From contig OZ251226.1 of NCBI GenBank assembly GCA_965240325.2, forward strand, positions 1,736,001 to 1,800,000: 64,000 bases of DNA, given 5' to 3'. A program made the translations under genes and the position numbers. How positions within the stretch are numbered: position 1 is the first letter of the stretch; the number at the start of each line of letters is the position of its first letter. This DNA comes from Rebecca billardiae RCC1528. Taxonomy: Eukaryota; Protista; Haptophyta. This document shows positions 1 to 12,365 of the stretch, in pieces. The notes under the pieces were generated by a model. It had not been told where the DNA came from, ran no database searches, and saw nothing but the letters and a program-made list of their open reading frames with translations.

Positions 1-1030
1 GACGCGTTCACGCGGCACCTGGGCAGATGATCCGGGTGGGCGGTCGGCGCGAGAAAGCTGGCAGTGCCGAGTGCCCGCTGCCTCAGCCCGCTGAAAGCCA
101 TCATTTCGAGGTGGCGGAGGTGCTCGCCGAGGAGCTCTTCGAAGATGTACGGCTCCAATTCGCGCAGCGTCTCGTGCGGCTCGACCCAGCGTAGCCGGCG
201 CGCCTCGGCCGTCCCCTTGAAGCCCAGGCGCCACGCCCTCTCCTTCCACGTGCTCACGGCGCTTGCCTCCGCCCGCGCGGCGCGCAGGCTCCGAACGAGC
301 GCCTCGACTTGCGCGTAGTTGAGCTCGGGCCGGTGGTCGACACGCAGCTCCTGCAGGTCGTACGCAGCCTGCACGTTGAGGCTGGCGAGGACGGGCGCGT
401 GCAGCAGGTGCAGATGCGTCAGCCCCTCCGCGCGGTGCAGCACGAGGGAGCGCAGCCGCGGCGCGAGCACGTAGTTGTCCGCGCCCAGCCCGCGCAGCTT
501 GTACGAGCTCACCTCCTCCAGCTTGGGGCACGCGGAGATGCTGAGCCCAAAGTCGCCCGCGCACTCCGGGCTGAGGCGCAGGTCCTCCGCCTGCAGCCGG
601 CGCAGCTCAGGCAGCGCGAGCCGAAAGACATCGACGAAGCACGAGATGTCCTCCACGGCCAGAGAATGGAGCGCCGGGCACGTTGCCTCGGTCAGGTGCA
701 GCTTGGCGAGTGGCACGCGGCGGAAGCTGAGCTCGAGTAGCGCGCAGAAACTCACGCGGCCCATCGCGCCGAGGCGCGCGTAGCTCGTCGTCAGCACTTC
801 CCGGGTGGTCGGCAACACGACACCTTGCGGCGCGAATTCGAGCTCACGCTCCGGGATCTCTGCGGTCTCGCTGATGGTCAGGCGCCGGAGCCGCTTGAAC
901 GACGCGGAGATGCTCGCTAGCTCGAGGGGCGTGGGTGTCTCGCTGAGCGACAGAGACGAGATGCCGGCGTCGCTACTTTCCCACGTGCGCGACGATGCCG
1001 CGAACGCGATCTCGCGCCCGCCGGCCGGGG
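1..1030 (-). CDS. Partial leucine-rich-repeat-like protein; 3' end runs off the window, start uncertain
   Basis: My translation of the minus strand is open across the region, with LxxLxL-type segments (FKRLRRLTIS, LAKLHLTEATCPALHSLAV, LPELRRLQAE, CPKLEEVSS, PRLRSLVLH, PVLASLNV). It is absent from the ORF track because no stop lies in the window. Confidence 0.6.
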
Positions 1031-1104
1031 CCGCCGCGCGTCACACGCACCTGTTGCTGGCAGTACTGTGTTGCTGGTCAGCAGAGCGGACAAGCACAGT
1101 CACG

Positions 1105-2295
1105 ATGGCGGCGCCGTCTCGTACGGCGGCAGCTGCGGATGTGGCGGCGGTCGACGAGGTGTACCGCAAGCACTGGCGGCCGGGCCTTCACAATCTCGCC
1201 CCTGGCCTGCCATACTGGGGCCCGCCCGCCGCATCCATCGGTGCGCTCTCCCGCGCAGACCTGGCGGCCCGTGCTTTGCACGAGTACGGCGACGTCCACG
1301 GCGCTCCGGGCCTGGTGGGCGCGATCGAGCGCAAGCTGCGCGCGGAGAACGGCCTCGATCTCACGGGTAGGCGAGTGATGGTGACGGCCGGCGCCAACCA
1401 GGCGTACGTGAACGCGCTCATGGCGACGTGCTCCCCGGGCGATGCTGTGCTCATCTTTGCACCCTTCTACTTCACGCACCGGGTCGCTGCGCAGCTGCTC
1501 GACATCGAGCCGATCGTCGAGCTCACCGACCCCGCGACGCTTTTGCCCGCGCCTGGGGCGATCACGCGCGCAGCGCAGCAGAACGGTTCGAGGTTGAAGG
1601 CCGTCGTGCTCGCGAGCCCGGGCAATCCGAGCGGCGCGGTCATCCCGGAGTCGGCGATGCGGCTGCTGGTCGAGGAGGCCGAGAGCGCGGCGCTGTGGCT
1701 GATCTCAGACGAGGCGTATGAGCACTTCGTGTTCGACGGCGCGGCGCACTGGTCGCCGCGGGGCGATCACGTCATCAACATCTTCACCATGAGCAAGAGC
1801 TACGGGATGGCAGGCTGGCGCGTGGGGTACATGTGCTATCCTGACGCGCTCGATGCTGCACTGGTCAAGGTGCAGGACACGATCCCAACGCACGCCGCCG
1901 CCTGCAGCCAGCTGCTCGCGGAGGCCGCGCTCGACGGGGCGGGATCGGCATGGGTGCGCGCGCAGGTGGCTACGCTCGAGCCCGTGCGAGCGCACATGCG
2001 GGCGGCCGTGCGCGACGCGCTCGGTGGCAGCGATGGTGGGAGCGCCGCCGCCGCCGCCGACGCCGCCGGTGCGCTCTATCTCTTTGTGCCACTGCCGCCC
2101 GCTGTCGACGAAGACGAGGCGGTTGGGCGGCTCGCCGAGGAATTCGGGGTGCTGGTTCTGCCGGGAGCGTCGGCGGGAATGCGCGGGTACCTGCGCGTCA
2201 GCTTCGCCAGCATTGCGCCCGGCGAGCTCGCCGCAGATGCCTCCGATCGGCTGCGCCAAGGACTCGCCGCGATCGTTCGTGACTCAGTTTCGTGA
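1105..2295 (+). CDS. PLP-dependent class I/II aminotransferase (resembles ISS1/VAS1-type aromatic aminotransferases)
   Basis: Motifs YGDVHG, VMVTAGANQA, SPGNPSG, ISDEAYEHF and SKSYGMAGWRVG (PLP lysine). ATG at 1105 is in frame with ORF 805..2295. Confidence 0.93.
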   Translation: MAAPSRTAAAADVAAVDEVYRKHWRPGLHNLAPGLPYWGPPAASIGALSRADLAARALHEYGDVHGAPGLVGAIERKLRAENGLDLTGRRVMVTAGANQAYVNALMATCSPGDAVLIFAPFYFTHRVAAQLLDIEPIVELTDPATLLPAPGAITRAAQQNGSRLKAVVLASPGNPSGAVIPESAMRLLVEEAESAALWLISDEAYEHFVFDGAAHWSPRGDHVINIFTMSKSYGMAGWRVGYMCYPDALDAALVKVQDTIPTHAAACSQLLAEAALDGAGSAWVRAQVATLEPVRAHMRAAVRDALGGSDGGSAAAAADAAGALYLFVPLPPAVDEDEAVGRLAEEFGVLVLPGASAGMRGYLRVSFASIAPGELAADASDRLRQGLAAIVRDSVS

Positions 2296-4179
2296 CTTCG
2301 TGACGCCGGCGCCATCAGCGGGGCATCAGCCATCAGGCTTGAGTGATACTCAAGCTGATAGCAGTGCTGATTATTGTGATAGCTTATTAGCTAGCGCCTC
2401 CGCCCTGACTCCTGAGGCTGAGGCCGCTGAGGCCTGAGGGACCACGGGTGCTCCGTAGCTCATTATTACGAGCACACGGGCGCTGCGTCACCGGCGTGCA
2501 CAGCCGAGTCACGAGTGTCACGGCGACTCGGACCTCGGGTCTCGGGACCGTCCGCCCGCGTGACGCCGACGCGGTGATTCTGCTGCACGCATTATTTCTG
2601 CATGCAATTTCTGCAGCATGACGCGTCGCGATGACGATGTCGATGAATATGATGATGCTGACATGCGCAATGACTACGCGCGATGATTGGCTGCTTGTCA
2701 GCTTGACTGATGATAACTATTAACTGTCATTAATAACTGTGAGCTGAGAAGTGGCAGGCTTCGTGTTCGTCGTATAAAGGCAGTGGCTTCGCCGAGTCCC
2801 GACACGACAGCACAGGCCACGCGGCCTCGCGGGCCTGCCGTGGCCGTGTCTCAGACTGCTCGCCGGCGGCGCCCAGTGGCAGTGGCCCGTGAGTGGGCCG
2901 GTGCGGGCGGTGGCCGCGCCGTCGGCGTCGCCGCGTCGGAGTCCTGTGTGCGAATCAAGCCTCGACGGGCGTCGGCCAACCCGTCGGCCACAAGATGCCC
3001 ACTTTCGCCCGTTCATCGGCCAGTGGCCGACTTCGACGAATAAATGAATAAAGGATGTATGTTTTCTTTTCTGCGCAATAGTATTCACCACTCGGGCAGA
3101 ACGTATGGTCGACCCCAACGAGGTCGGCTCGTCGACTCTGTATGGGCATGATCTCGTCGCAGAAGCTGCTTGCAGCCGACTACTGTGCTGCTGCAGCCAC
3201 CGCTCGTCCGCTCGCCGCGAGGCAACCGCAGTCGCCGCCGGTCGGCAGACGACGGCGCTGCTGGCAGTGCAAGCGCGAGCCGTGGCAGAAGTAGGGGTCG
3301 TGGGCGCGGGCGTGGGCGCGGTCGCGGTCGCGGGTGCGGCCGCTGACTCGCCCTCGGAGTCTCACCGGGCTCGCCGCCTGCACCTCGCGTCCTTCAGGCT
3401 TCACTGGCGCCGGGCCCGGGGCCGGCGCGCATATAGCTACAATACAGTGACATGAGTAGTCTGTGCTGAATATCTCAGTCAGATTAACACACACACACAC
3501 GACCCACCTGCCACGCTCGGTCAGAGACCGCCACTGGGGCTCAACAAGTCCGCACCAGTTGGGTCGGCCGAGCCCCGGGGCCGCCCTCTCGGACTACGAC
3601 CGTGCAGCTAGTCGGACAGTGCTGCAGCCCGCGTGCGGCGTGCGCACGCGGCCACGCGCCGGCGCCGTGGCCGTGCCGTCCGGCGCGGCCTCCGGCGGTC
3701 CGGCCGCCGGCCGCCGGACGGCCGCCATCGGCCAATACCCATCGGCCAGAGATGGCTGGTTGACCGCTATCCATCGGCCATGGCCGCCTAGCGGCCAATA
3801 TCATCAGTCATGGCCGGCCATATACCGCCATATAGGCCAGTTGATTCCGTTGATTCGCACCGTGTAGGCGTGTAGCGGGCGGACCCCGCCGTGACTCGAC
3901 TGACTCGTGACCGGAGCGGCCAATGCGGCGTGCCAGTGGGCCGTAATCAGTCAGCTCCGGGCTGTTCGGCCGCCCCATGTTCGGATGTGACCGGACTGAC
4001 TCACCCCCGGGCCCAGACCGTGCTCAGTGATGCACTAAGTCAGAAATAAGTGCTCGCGACGACCCGGGACGTCTCCGCGGTCCGCCGCTCCGCGGCGCGG
4101 TGGACGCGGTGGTCCGTTGGAGCGTGACAACAAGTACAACTCATCGCAGGACCTCCCCAACTTGGTGCAGTCGCTCGTC

Positions 4180-4689
4180 TCAAAGGACGAGCGAGCCGGC
4201 GAACGCCTTGATGCGCCGATCCACGTCGTTCACGTCAGCCGGACGTGGGGCAGCTGCTGCGCGCAGGCGTGCGTCGCGCCCCTGCTGCTCAAAGACGGGC
4301 TTCACCATCTTCTTTGAGCTGAATTTGCGCATGCCGTTCTCGTGGTGGCGCGCCTCGTGCACGTCGTCCGAGTTGACGCCACCTCCCATCGCCGTCGTGA
4401 TGTACATGTCATTCTCCACCTGTCGAGGCTGCCAGTCACTCTCGCGAGCCGCGACGTGGTCCCCAAAATGCTTTCGAGAGGTGATAGCGGGGCCGCGGGC
4501 TGTCTCTGACAACACCGGGCCCGACGTGCGCTCAAAAGCGGTCATGGTACTGGCCTCCGACGGCTTCACAAGTCGCCTTGGTTGCTCGTCGTCAGCGAAG
4601 ACTGGCTTCGGCTTCTGGCGCCCAAAGACGGGCCCGTCATCGCCGCGCGCCTGCATGGTGCTGGTCCCGGTTAACCGCTCCACCGCCAC
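4180..4689 (-). CDS. Hypothetical protein, start uncertain
   Basis: Balanced, protein-like composition unlike the Arg/Ala-rich shadow ORFs. Divergent from the DUF2431 gene. No domain recognised. Confidence 0.45.
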   Translation of the reverse strand: MAVERLTGTSTMQARGDDGPVFGRQKPKPVFADDEQPRRLVKPSEASTMTAFERTSGPVLSETARGPAITSRKHFGDHVAARESDWQPRQVENDMYITTAMGGGVNSDDVHEARHHENGMRKFSSKKMVKPVFEQQGRDARLRAAAAPRPADVNDVDRRIKAFAGSLVL

Positions 4690-4801
4690 GGCTCGCTGCT
4701 CTGCCTCGGTGCAGACCTGCGTTTACAACCCGGAGCCAGAGCGAGTCGTGTAACGGTCGCATCATCAATTCGGCCGCGCATTCGTATCCGCCTCGAAATC
4801 G

Positions 4802-6175
4802 ATGGCGGCCACGTGGCTGGTCCTCATGCTACCGTCCACCCTGGGGGTGTGGACGTGGTCCTCCACGGTGCTCAACACCGCTGTCCGGCGCATGCTCATC
4901 GTTGGTGACGCCGACTTCTCCTTCGCGCGTGGCCTTGCCCGCTCGCTGGAACGACACCCCGCAACCGAGCTGATTGCAAGTGGGTACGAACCCGAGGCGT
5001 CCCTCTCGGAGCGATTTCCGCGCGCCCAAGGGCATGTCGACGAGCTCAACGCGCTCGGCGCGCGCGTCATGCACGGCGTCGACGCAACGAGGCTCCCTGA
5101 TCAGTTCCCCGCGGGCTCGTTCGACCGCATCATCTGGAACTTCCCGCACGTTCTCGGCAAGTCCAACCTGCGCGCGAATCGCGAGCTGCTCGCCAGCTTC
5201 CTCGCGGCGACCACTCCGGTCCTCACGACGCACGGGGACGTATGCGTCGCCCTGTGCGAGGGCCAGGGCGGCACTTGCTTTGAGCGCCGAAGCTGGGACT
5301 ACGCGCAGACCTGGAGAGCCACGGCGCAGGCAAACCACGCCGGGCACGTTCTCGCGGGCGTCGCGCCATGGGCCGAGTGTGTCCCAGACGGCTACGCTCC
5401 CTGTCGGGGGAAAGGGTGGGCAGACCACGCGTTCGGCTGCGGGTTCAAGCCCGGCGAGGGCGCGCTCGTGCATGCGTTCGTACCGCAGCCCTCGCTCCTC
5501 GCGGCGGGCGAGCACGCGCGCGCGCTCGACAACCCGTGCTACACACACGAGCTGCAGCTGGCTCGGCCGTCGGAGCAGCCGGACGACAGCGGCGAGCGAG
5601 GGGCGCCCTTGCTGCGCCCGCGGGCGCTGCTCGAGCTCGTGGTCGGGGAAGTGGGGCGTGACAAGGTGCTCGCCGTGCAGCACGAGGAGACGTACCACCA
5701 CCCCTCGCTCTTCGGCACCGGCAGCCAGTGCGACCGCTATACGGTCGTGTACCAAGCCGAGCGCGGGGCGCTGTCCAGGGCAGATGTGGGCCGCTACTGG
5801 CAGACCGCCGAGGCCGCGCTCGAGGCCGACGCGAGCTTTCGCGCGCTCGGCGGCTCGCTGGGGAAGCGCAAGCCGCCAGCCATGCTGCCGTCGCGGCCCA
5901 CCCCACGCACGGCACTCCGACTGAGGCTCGACCAGCCCGAGAAGTGCGCATGCTCGCGGGACCCACTCTGCGACGATGCAGCCGCGGCAGCCCTCTGGGC
6001 AGGCGTGGCGCCCCGTGAGAGCATCGGCGGTGGCAGCATGCCCGACGCCACGCATGGCGCTCGGAGCTCTGGGGCCACGATCGCGGCGCCACGCCCATCG
6101 CCGCCTCTGGCGACAGCCGGGCCAATCCGAGCCGCCGCCGCTGGTGACGATGGCGTGGCCTCGTCGTCAGCATAG
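4802..6175 (+). CDS. DUF2431 / BMT5-like rRNA (uracil-N3) methyltransferase domain protein, FDXACB1-like architecture
   Basis: LIVGDADFSFARGL, GVDATRL, FDRIIWNFPH and LCEGQGG are DUF2431 motifs. The C-terminal ETYHHP...YTVVYQ...ALSR segment resembles a ferredoxin-fold anticodon-binding domain. Confidence 0.85.
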   Translation: MAATWLVLMLPSTLGVWTWSSTVLNTAVRRMLIVGDADFSFARGLARSLERHPATELIASGYEPEASLSERFPRAQGHVDELNALGARVMHGVDATRLPDQFPAGSFDRIIWNFPHVLGKSNLRANRELLASFLAATTPVLTTHGDVCVALCEGQGGTCFERRSWDYAQTWRATAQANHAGHVLAGVAPWAECVPDGYAPCRGKGWADHAFGCGFKPGEGALVHAFVPQPSLLAAGEHARALDNPCYTHELQLARPSEQPDDSGERGAPLLRPRALLELVVGEVGRDKVLAVQHEETYHHPSLFGTGSQCDRYTVVYQAERGALSRADVGRYWQTAEAALEADASFRALGGSLGKRKPPAMLPSRPTPRTALRLRLDQPEKCACSRDPLCDDAAAAALWAGVAPRESIGGGSMPDATHGARSSGATIAAPRPSPPLATAGPIRAAAAGDDGVASSSA

Positions 6176-6433
6176 CCATGCCAGGCGCCCCTTGGCAACA
6201 CGGTCCCACGCCTCGCGCTCCGCATCATGATCAGGCAGTGCGCCACGGGGGCGGGGCCGGGATGGAGCACCGCCTCGGCCTGGGGCACGTGGCGTCGACG
6301 GCAGATGCCGCCGCAGCCGGCCGAGCGCCTTTCTGAGCATTTGGATGAGGATTGAGGGCGACTGCAATTTGTCTGAGCATCACTTATCTGAGACTGAGCA
6401 GGGCGACCGGCGAGCAGCTGATGAGCTGTGAAT

Positions 6434-8190
6434 ATGACCGCGTTCCGCGGTCCTTTTCCGTAGAACGAACGTAGTTCGGGGCCCGCGGTGGCGGTGCACC
6501 CTCCGTCGCAGTCGTCTATTGACAGACCAGCCAGTTGCATGCCCGTACAACTAGACTCCAGCGGCGCGCCGCTGCGCCCCGGCGCCGGCGCCGCGGGCGC
6601 GGGCCCATCGCAGCCGCCGGCGCGGCGCCCGGATTGTGTACAGGCGGATGCGACGAGGCGTGATCGACGAATGAGCGCGACTCCACGTGCACGCCAGGCC
6701 ACGTGGAGCTGACAGCCAGGGAACACTGTGCGGGGCCGCGGATTCGTTCGGGCCGCTGCTGCTGACCGCGCTGTCTGTCGTCACACCGCGCCGCGGCAGC
6801 GCCAGGAGTAGTCAGTAGATGATTTGCACTGGTCCGAGTAGGGTTCGACCAGCGCCTGCGCGACGGCCGACAGGCGGGCGCGAGGCGTGATCGACGCATG
6901 AGCGCAACTCTATCTACGCGGAGCTGACAGCCAGAGGGAGCACTGTGTGTGCCGAGGTGCGAGGGCACCGGTGATCGTTATTTCGCGCGCCGCGCGTGCA
7001 CTGCACGGGGTCACGGGGTGACACACCTCGGTCGGGCTCGGCACGCGTCGCAGAGGCACGGCCAGCTCTGGGGACGTCGCGCACCACCGTCGCCCGCGCC
7101 GCAGCTCGTCCTCCTAGGTCCGCCCGTCCAGCGCTGCAGACAGACTCGCCGGCGCGGGCCGAGAGTGAGTGCCGCAAAGCGGCTGCCAGCTGTTGGGCCG
7201 GGTGAGGAGGAGGGAGGGAGCTGGCCTGCGGGGCGCGTGGTGAAGTCGGTGATCAGTCGCGTCGCGCTCCCCCTGGCGATTGCGCCCTCGTCCTCCAGCA
7301 CGGTGCGGACCTTGCGAACGAAGTTGTAGATCGACCATTTGGGCACGTTGTACTTCACGGCCGCAGTGGGCACGTCCTGCTCGTGCCTCACGACTGAGAT
7401 GGCAGCAGCGATGCTCTGGAGCGTGCTCTTAGCCACCTTCTTCACTGCCCCGGATTCGAGCAGCACGTTCAATACGCGGCGAGCGCGGTCCTCGTCGGCG
7501 TCGCCAGCTGACGTGCTCGGCATCATGTCCACGTGAGCGCAAAAGTGGCCTCGAGCCTGCTCCTGGCTCGCCAGAGGGCAAAAGGCCAATAGCTACTCCC
7601 AATTCCCGAAGGCTGATGATGAATACGCACACGTGCGCCTGATGAATATCGATGATATTCTGCTCGACCCCGCCTAGCAGTCCATGAACCATATACATTA
7701 TAATGTATGAAAACGAAGCGGTGCAAATGATGTTCTCCAGTATAGTGGATACGACCCCGACGAAGCGATTTTATGCCTGCGTGAACCATACATATGAATA
7801 CGAAGCGCGGTGCAAATGTTCTCCAGTAGTGAATACGACCCCGACGAAGCCAATATATATCGGTTGGTTACTTCGCTGATCCCGTAAGGACGTGCAAAAA
7901 TAGCCTCAAAGAAGCTGACGCTTGTATTGGACTTGTAACCGTCCTACTTCACACAGAAGTGAACTCTCACGCCCGGCCGTCCACGATTGATTAGGGGAAT
8001 GTCGTGGACGCGGTTTTTTTCTCCGTGATGCATCTGTAGAGAGGGTCTCAAAATTCGAAACTCGGTCTCCGCCAGCCCTAAAAATCGGCCCCCGCGTCCC
8101 TTTTTCTTGATCAAAGATCTTTTTGAAACGTGGTTCCGGCCCGCTGGTGCGGGCTCCACGCTGCGCGCTCCGCCCTGCACCGCGGGCCAT
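6434..8190 (-). mobile_element. Family A element, copy A1 (1757 bp, Helentron/Helitron2-like non-autonomous)
   Basis: Ends ATGGCCCGCGGTGCAGGG (8190, minus strand) and GACCGCGGAACGCGGTCAT (6434). Nearly identical to 23227..25232. Confidence 0.9.
7011..7589 (-). pseudogene. Pipsqueak-type HTH coding fragment carried inside A1 (also 23804..24382 in A6)
   Basis: LQSIAAAISVVRHEQDVPTAAVKYNVPKWSIYNFVRK matches the HTH_psq pattern (AA..V.....AA.KY.VP..T/S). No catalytic domain follows. Confidence 0.55.
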
Positions 8191-8577
8191 CAGCTGTGAA
8201 GTGTGAGCAGACGCTGCGATCGGACCTGCGATCGATCGACTGGACGGACACCGTTGCGGGATCGGTCACTCGGTGGCACTGGTGACTGGACTGGTCAGCA
8301 TCACGGACAGTGGATGGATGTCGTCTGCTAAAGAATTTATTACCGCCATTGCATGATGAGCAGTCTCAGTAGAACCGTGTGACGATCTCGCCTGCCTGAG
8401 CTGTGTGCGTCTCTTATTCTTAGTAAACTGTAGAACTACGTTTACTACGCGGCGTCGGACTGCACCGTAGTCACACTCACAGTGCATCAGTGCAATGTGC
8501 TTACAGCTTAGTGTCTAGTGACGACTGTTGTGTCTGTTGAGTCAGTGCACTTCGTCAATCAATGACTTCAAATAGCT

Positions 8578-11500
8578 ATGACCGCGTGACTCCGCGGTCC
8601 TCTTCCGTCAGAACCAACGTAGTTGGGGGCCCGCGGTGCAGAGTCTGTCTGTGCCGGCCGTCTGACAGTCTGTGCGGTGTGCCACCCGCTCCGTCCGACC
8701 ACCACGGACACTCACACTGACACAGCCGCGGCGTCGCCCCGGAGTCGCATATCGGCCACTAACCTCGCCATCGTCGCGCGGACTCGCCGCTCGCAGATCA
8801 GCCTGTGGCTCTCGTGTCAGGCAGTCAGGCATCCGCCGTGCCCATCAGCGCCAGAGCTGGCTCTCAGTCACTGAGTGAGTGAGAGCCGCCGCTCACGGTC
8901 AGCGCGCAGTCCGAGCTCCGAGCTCGCGCGCGAAACGCCCGCCCATGCGCCAGTCAAGCCGTCGAGACTCGAGACAGCTCGGATGCGGCGGACGAGAGCA
9001 AAAAGGATGTGCGCGTGGTCCAGCTCGTGCTGCGACTCGGACTCGCCCAGTCTCGTCGCCCGCAGATCTGCGCGCGCTGCTTGCCGCGCCGCTGCATCAT
9101 GTGCAGCCAGAGGCTCCAGTCATTGTCAGCACGCCGCACGCGGATGAGCCATCACAGCTCGGCCATGGACGGCGCGAGCGAGGGCTTGGGCGAGCGAGAT
9201 GGCCGTGGTGGCTGCTCCACATCCCGACAAAACGTCCAAGACTACCCGCTCGCACCACGCCGACTGGATCAGGCGAAGGCTCCGCACTGCAGATCAGGCT
9301 CGGCGAGACGCGGCTGAACCGCGAGTTTACCGCGACGTCCTCGCGACCGCCCGCGCTTGAACATGCCGAGAGTTCAGCTGCGCGGCGTGCGGCGTGGCGC
9401 GCGCGGGCGCGCGCATGGATTCACGCGTTAGGATGCCCCGCGGTCTCCTCCTCGTACCGTCGCCGACTGCTCTCCGCGCGCGAGCGTCGACATCGATTCG
9501 TGTCCGCGGTCCGGTGCTCGGTTGGAAACCGCACTGACTGGGCCGAAGAGGGATCGGCAGGGCGGGGCGCGCGGGGTGAGCGGGCACGAAAGCGACGCTG
9601 ACGACCGTCGGGATACCCGCCGCAGCAGCGCGCACCTGCGCTGAGTCCGTCGGATTGAACGATCGTGCGCTGCCGCAGCGGGCCGCCGCTCGGCCTCCGT
9701 TCGCTTTCGTTCGGCTGTGCTGGCAGTGGCCGAGGCGGCGAGGCGACGACTCCAGAGCTCAGAAGGCCGTATCCAGTATTCATCAAGGGACGAGATAGTA
9801 TGAAGATTGCGTTGTGGTTGCGCGATCAACATTTGATCGATCATCAAACGTCGTCGCTCCTTGAATGCCGTTTTTATCGGTTGGCGGTTGGCGGCAATCT
9901 CATACTGCTTAAAATCGCGCTCGTAACGAAGACGAAAATAGCCTCGAAAGGGGCGGGCCGCACACGCCGCGCGCCGCGCCCCCTCCGGCTCCGACTATAC
10001 GGATAGCTGCGGCGGGTATTTTCAATCTCTCGCACTATTGGAGTTGGTTGGACGATTATGTCAACGGTCGTTCTTGGCATCTTGCAGCGGCGAGGCCATA
10101 TTATGGCCCGCGGTGCAGGGCGGAGCGCGCAGCGTGGAGCCCGCACCAGCGGGCCCGAACAACGTTTCAAAAAGATCTTTGATCAAGAAAAAAGGGACGG
10201 GGGACGATTTTCATGGCTGGAGGAGACCGAGTTTCGAATTTTGAGACCCTCTCTAACATGCATCACGGCCGAAAAAGGTCTGACGCGCCCACGGCAAGTT
10301 CATAGTAAAGCGTGGAGTGACGCCCGTCCAAAAAACTTCACGCCCTTTAGGATCCCTAACGTAACGAACCGTTACAAGCGATTTTTCCGGCCAATGAGAT
10401 TGCAGCAAGGTCCAAGGAGCGATGACGTATCTAGATAGAGATTGCCGCGAACCGATGTGACCATGTACGTCCCTTGAATCAGTTGAATCAACTATTCAAT
10501 CGCGCCGTGTCTGTATCAGGAGCCGACGAGGCAAGGGTCAGTAGCCGATGGGCCAACCTCGGCGAATCTCAATACTATCTGACGCGAACGGACTTGGTTG
10601 GGCGCGCGCGTGGCCCCGGGCGGCGGCCCACCAGAGGCGGCCCGCGTTTGGAGGCGAGCCACGGGCACGAGGCTCACTCTGAGCGACCGACGGGTGAGGA
10701 CGGCGATGGGCAGGTGCGCGCGGCGAATGGCGCCTGGAGCGCGCGGCTGCGGCGGGTCCCGACTGCCGTCGACATCGCGTTCGTCGTGCCCCCGCTCACT
10801 CCGCGCGCCCCCGCCGCCCCTGCCGCCCTGTCGATGCCTCGGCGCGGCCTTGCGCGGCCCCGGCGCGTCCGCGAGCCGGCGCCGCAGCCGCCGCCCTGTG
10901 TTCGGGCTCTCGCAAGCTCGGGGGCAGCGGCGCCTGATGCCGGACTGATCGATCTCTGAGCCTTCGACTTCACCACGCGCCGCCCTTGCCATGCCTTTCC
11001 GGGGTCTCCCAGAACTCTTCTTGATTGAGAGAGAGCAGGCGCGCCGACGATCCGAGTCCATCGTCGGTCGACTCTGAGCGAGGGCTACGCCTCGGAACTG
11101 AACGGTACTCTACGAGGAGGACGAGCTGCGCGGGCGACGGTGGTGCGTGACGTCCCCAGAGCTGGCCGTGCCTCTGCAACGCGTGCCGAGCCTGATCGAG
11201 GTGTGTCAGCTGCCCGTGCACGCGCGGCGAGTGCGCGAACCGGATCACCGGTGCCCTCGCACCTCGGCACCGTGCTCCCTCGGGCTGTCAGCTCCGCGTG
11301 GCCTGGCGTGCACGTAGAGTTGCGCTCATGCGTCGATCACGCCTCGCGCCCGCCTGTCGGCCGTCGCGCAGGCGCTGGTCGAACCCTACTCGGACCCTAC
11401 TCCTCCAGCCCTACTCCCGGGCGCTGCCGGCGCGGGGGGTGACCCCGGGGACAGCGGTCAGCAGCAGCGGCCCGAACGAATCCGCGGCCCCGCACCGTGC

Positions 11501-12068
11501 TCCCTGGCTGTCAGCTCCGCGTGGCCTGGTGTGCACGTGGAGTCGCGCTCATGCGTCGATCACGCCTCGTCGCATCCGCCTGTACACAATCGGCGCCGCG
11601 CCGGCGGCTGCAATGGGCCCGCCCGGCGCGGCGGGCGGCGGCGCGCCGCTGATGGAGTCTAGTTGTACGGGCATATGCAACTGGTCTGTCAATAGACGAC
11701 TGCGACGGAGGGTGCACCGCCACCGCGGGCCCTGAACTACGTTCGTTCTACGGAAAAAGGACCGCGGAACGCGGTCATTTTACTATGGTCACACTACATT
11801 AAGGAGAGTCTACCCACAATTACCCTGTCTGGCACACTTGGGCGTGGGTTTCGTTGATTCCTCTGTTCACTATTCAAGACGGCGGACGCGCCCTTTTTCG
11901 ACGAGGATGCACCTGTAAGGGAGTCTCAAAATTCGAAACTCGGTCTCCTCCAGCCCTGAAAATCGTCCCCCGTCCCTTTTTTCTTTGATCAAAGATCTTT
12001 TTGAAACGTGGTTCGGGCCCGCTGGTGCGGGCTCCACGCTGCGCGCTCCGCCCTGCACCGCGGGCCAT
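8578..12068 (-). mobile_element. Family A element, copy A2 (older; about 1.8 kb once nested A3 is removed)
   Basis: Degenerate hairpin end at 8578 (atgaccgcgtgactccgcggtcc) and a same-orientation 5' end finishing at 12068 (ctgcaccgcgggccat). Size without A3 matches the other copies. Pairing of these two ends is inferred. Confidence 0.7.
10103..11778 (+). mobile_element. Family A element, copy A3 (1676 bp), nested in A2
   Basis: Both conserved termini are intact. The last ~670 bp are homologous to A1 6434..7115, but the middle differs. Confidence 0.9.
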
Positions 12069-12365
12069 AATACTAGTTAACGGAGTCTTACGAGAGTAAC
12101 GATCAATAACGATGCCACTGACTACGTGTGACGAAGCCAGTGGCGACTACGACGACGGACTACGACAGAGAAACGTGGGCCGCCGATGTGCCTGACGGCA
12201 TACGTGGCCCGGGCCAGTGCTCACGGCACTGAGTCCCAGTCACGTGCCCTCAGTGACAGACACAGTGGGCGGCCTGGGCCGACTGCGAGACAAGTTGCAG
12301 CACGGGTCAGCAGACAGCAGCTTATAGAGCGGCTCCGGCCTCTGCAACAGAGGATCACAGAGGAC

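Noticed and set aside
2300-4100. Possible gene or element in this intergenic stretch (hairpin at ~2337-2356, GGCC-rich repeats at 3690-3840)
   Set aside because: No convincing ORF, no second copy in the window and no definable termini.
6424-8200. AGCTGTGAA on both sides of A1 as a 9-bp Mutator-type TSD
   Set aside because: It is offset by one base from each terminus, and none of the other five family A copies shows a comparable duplication.
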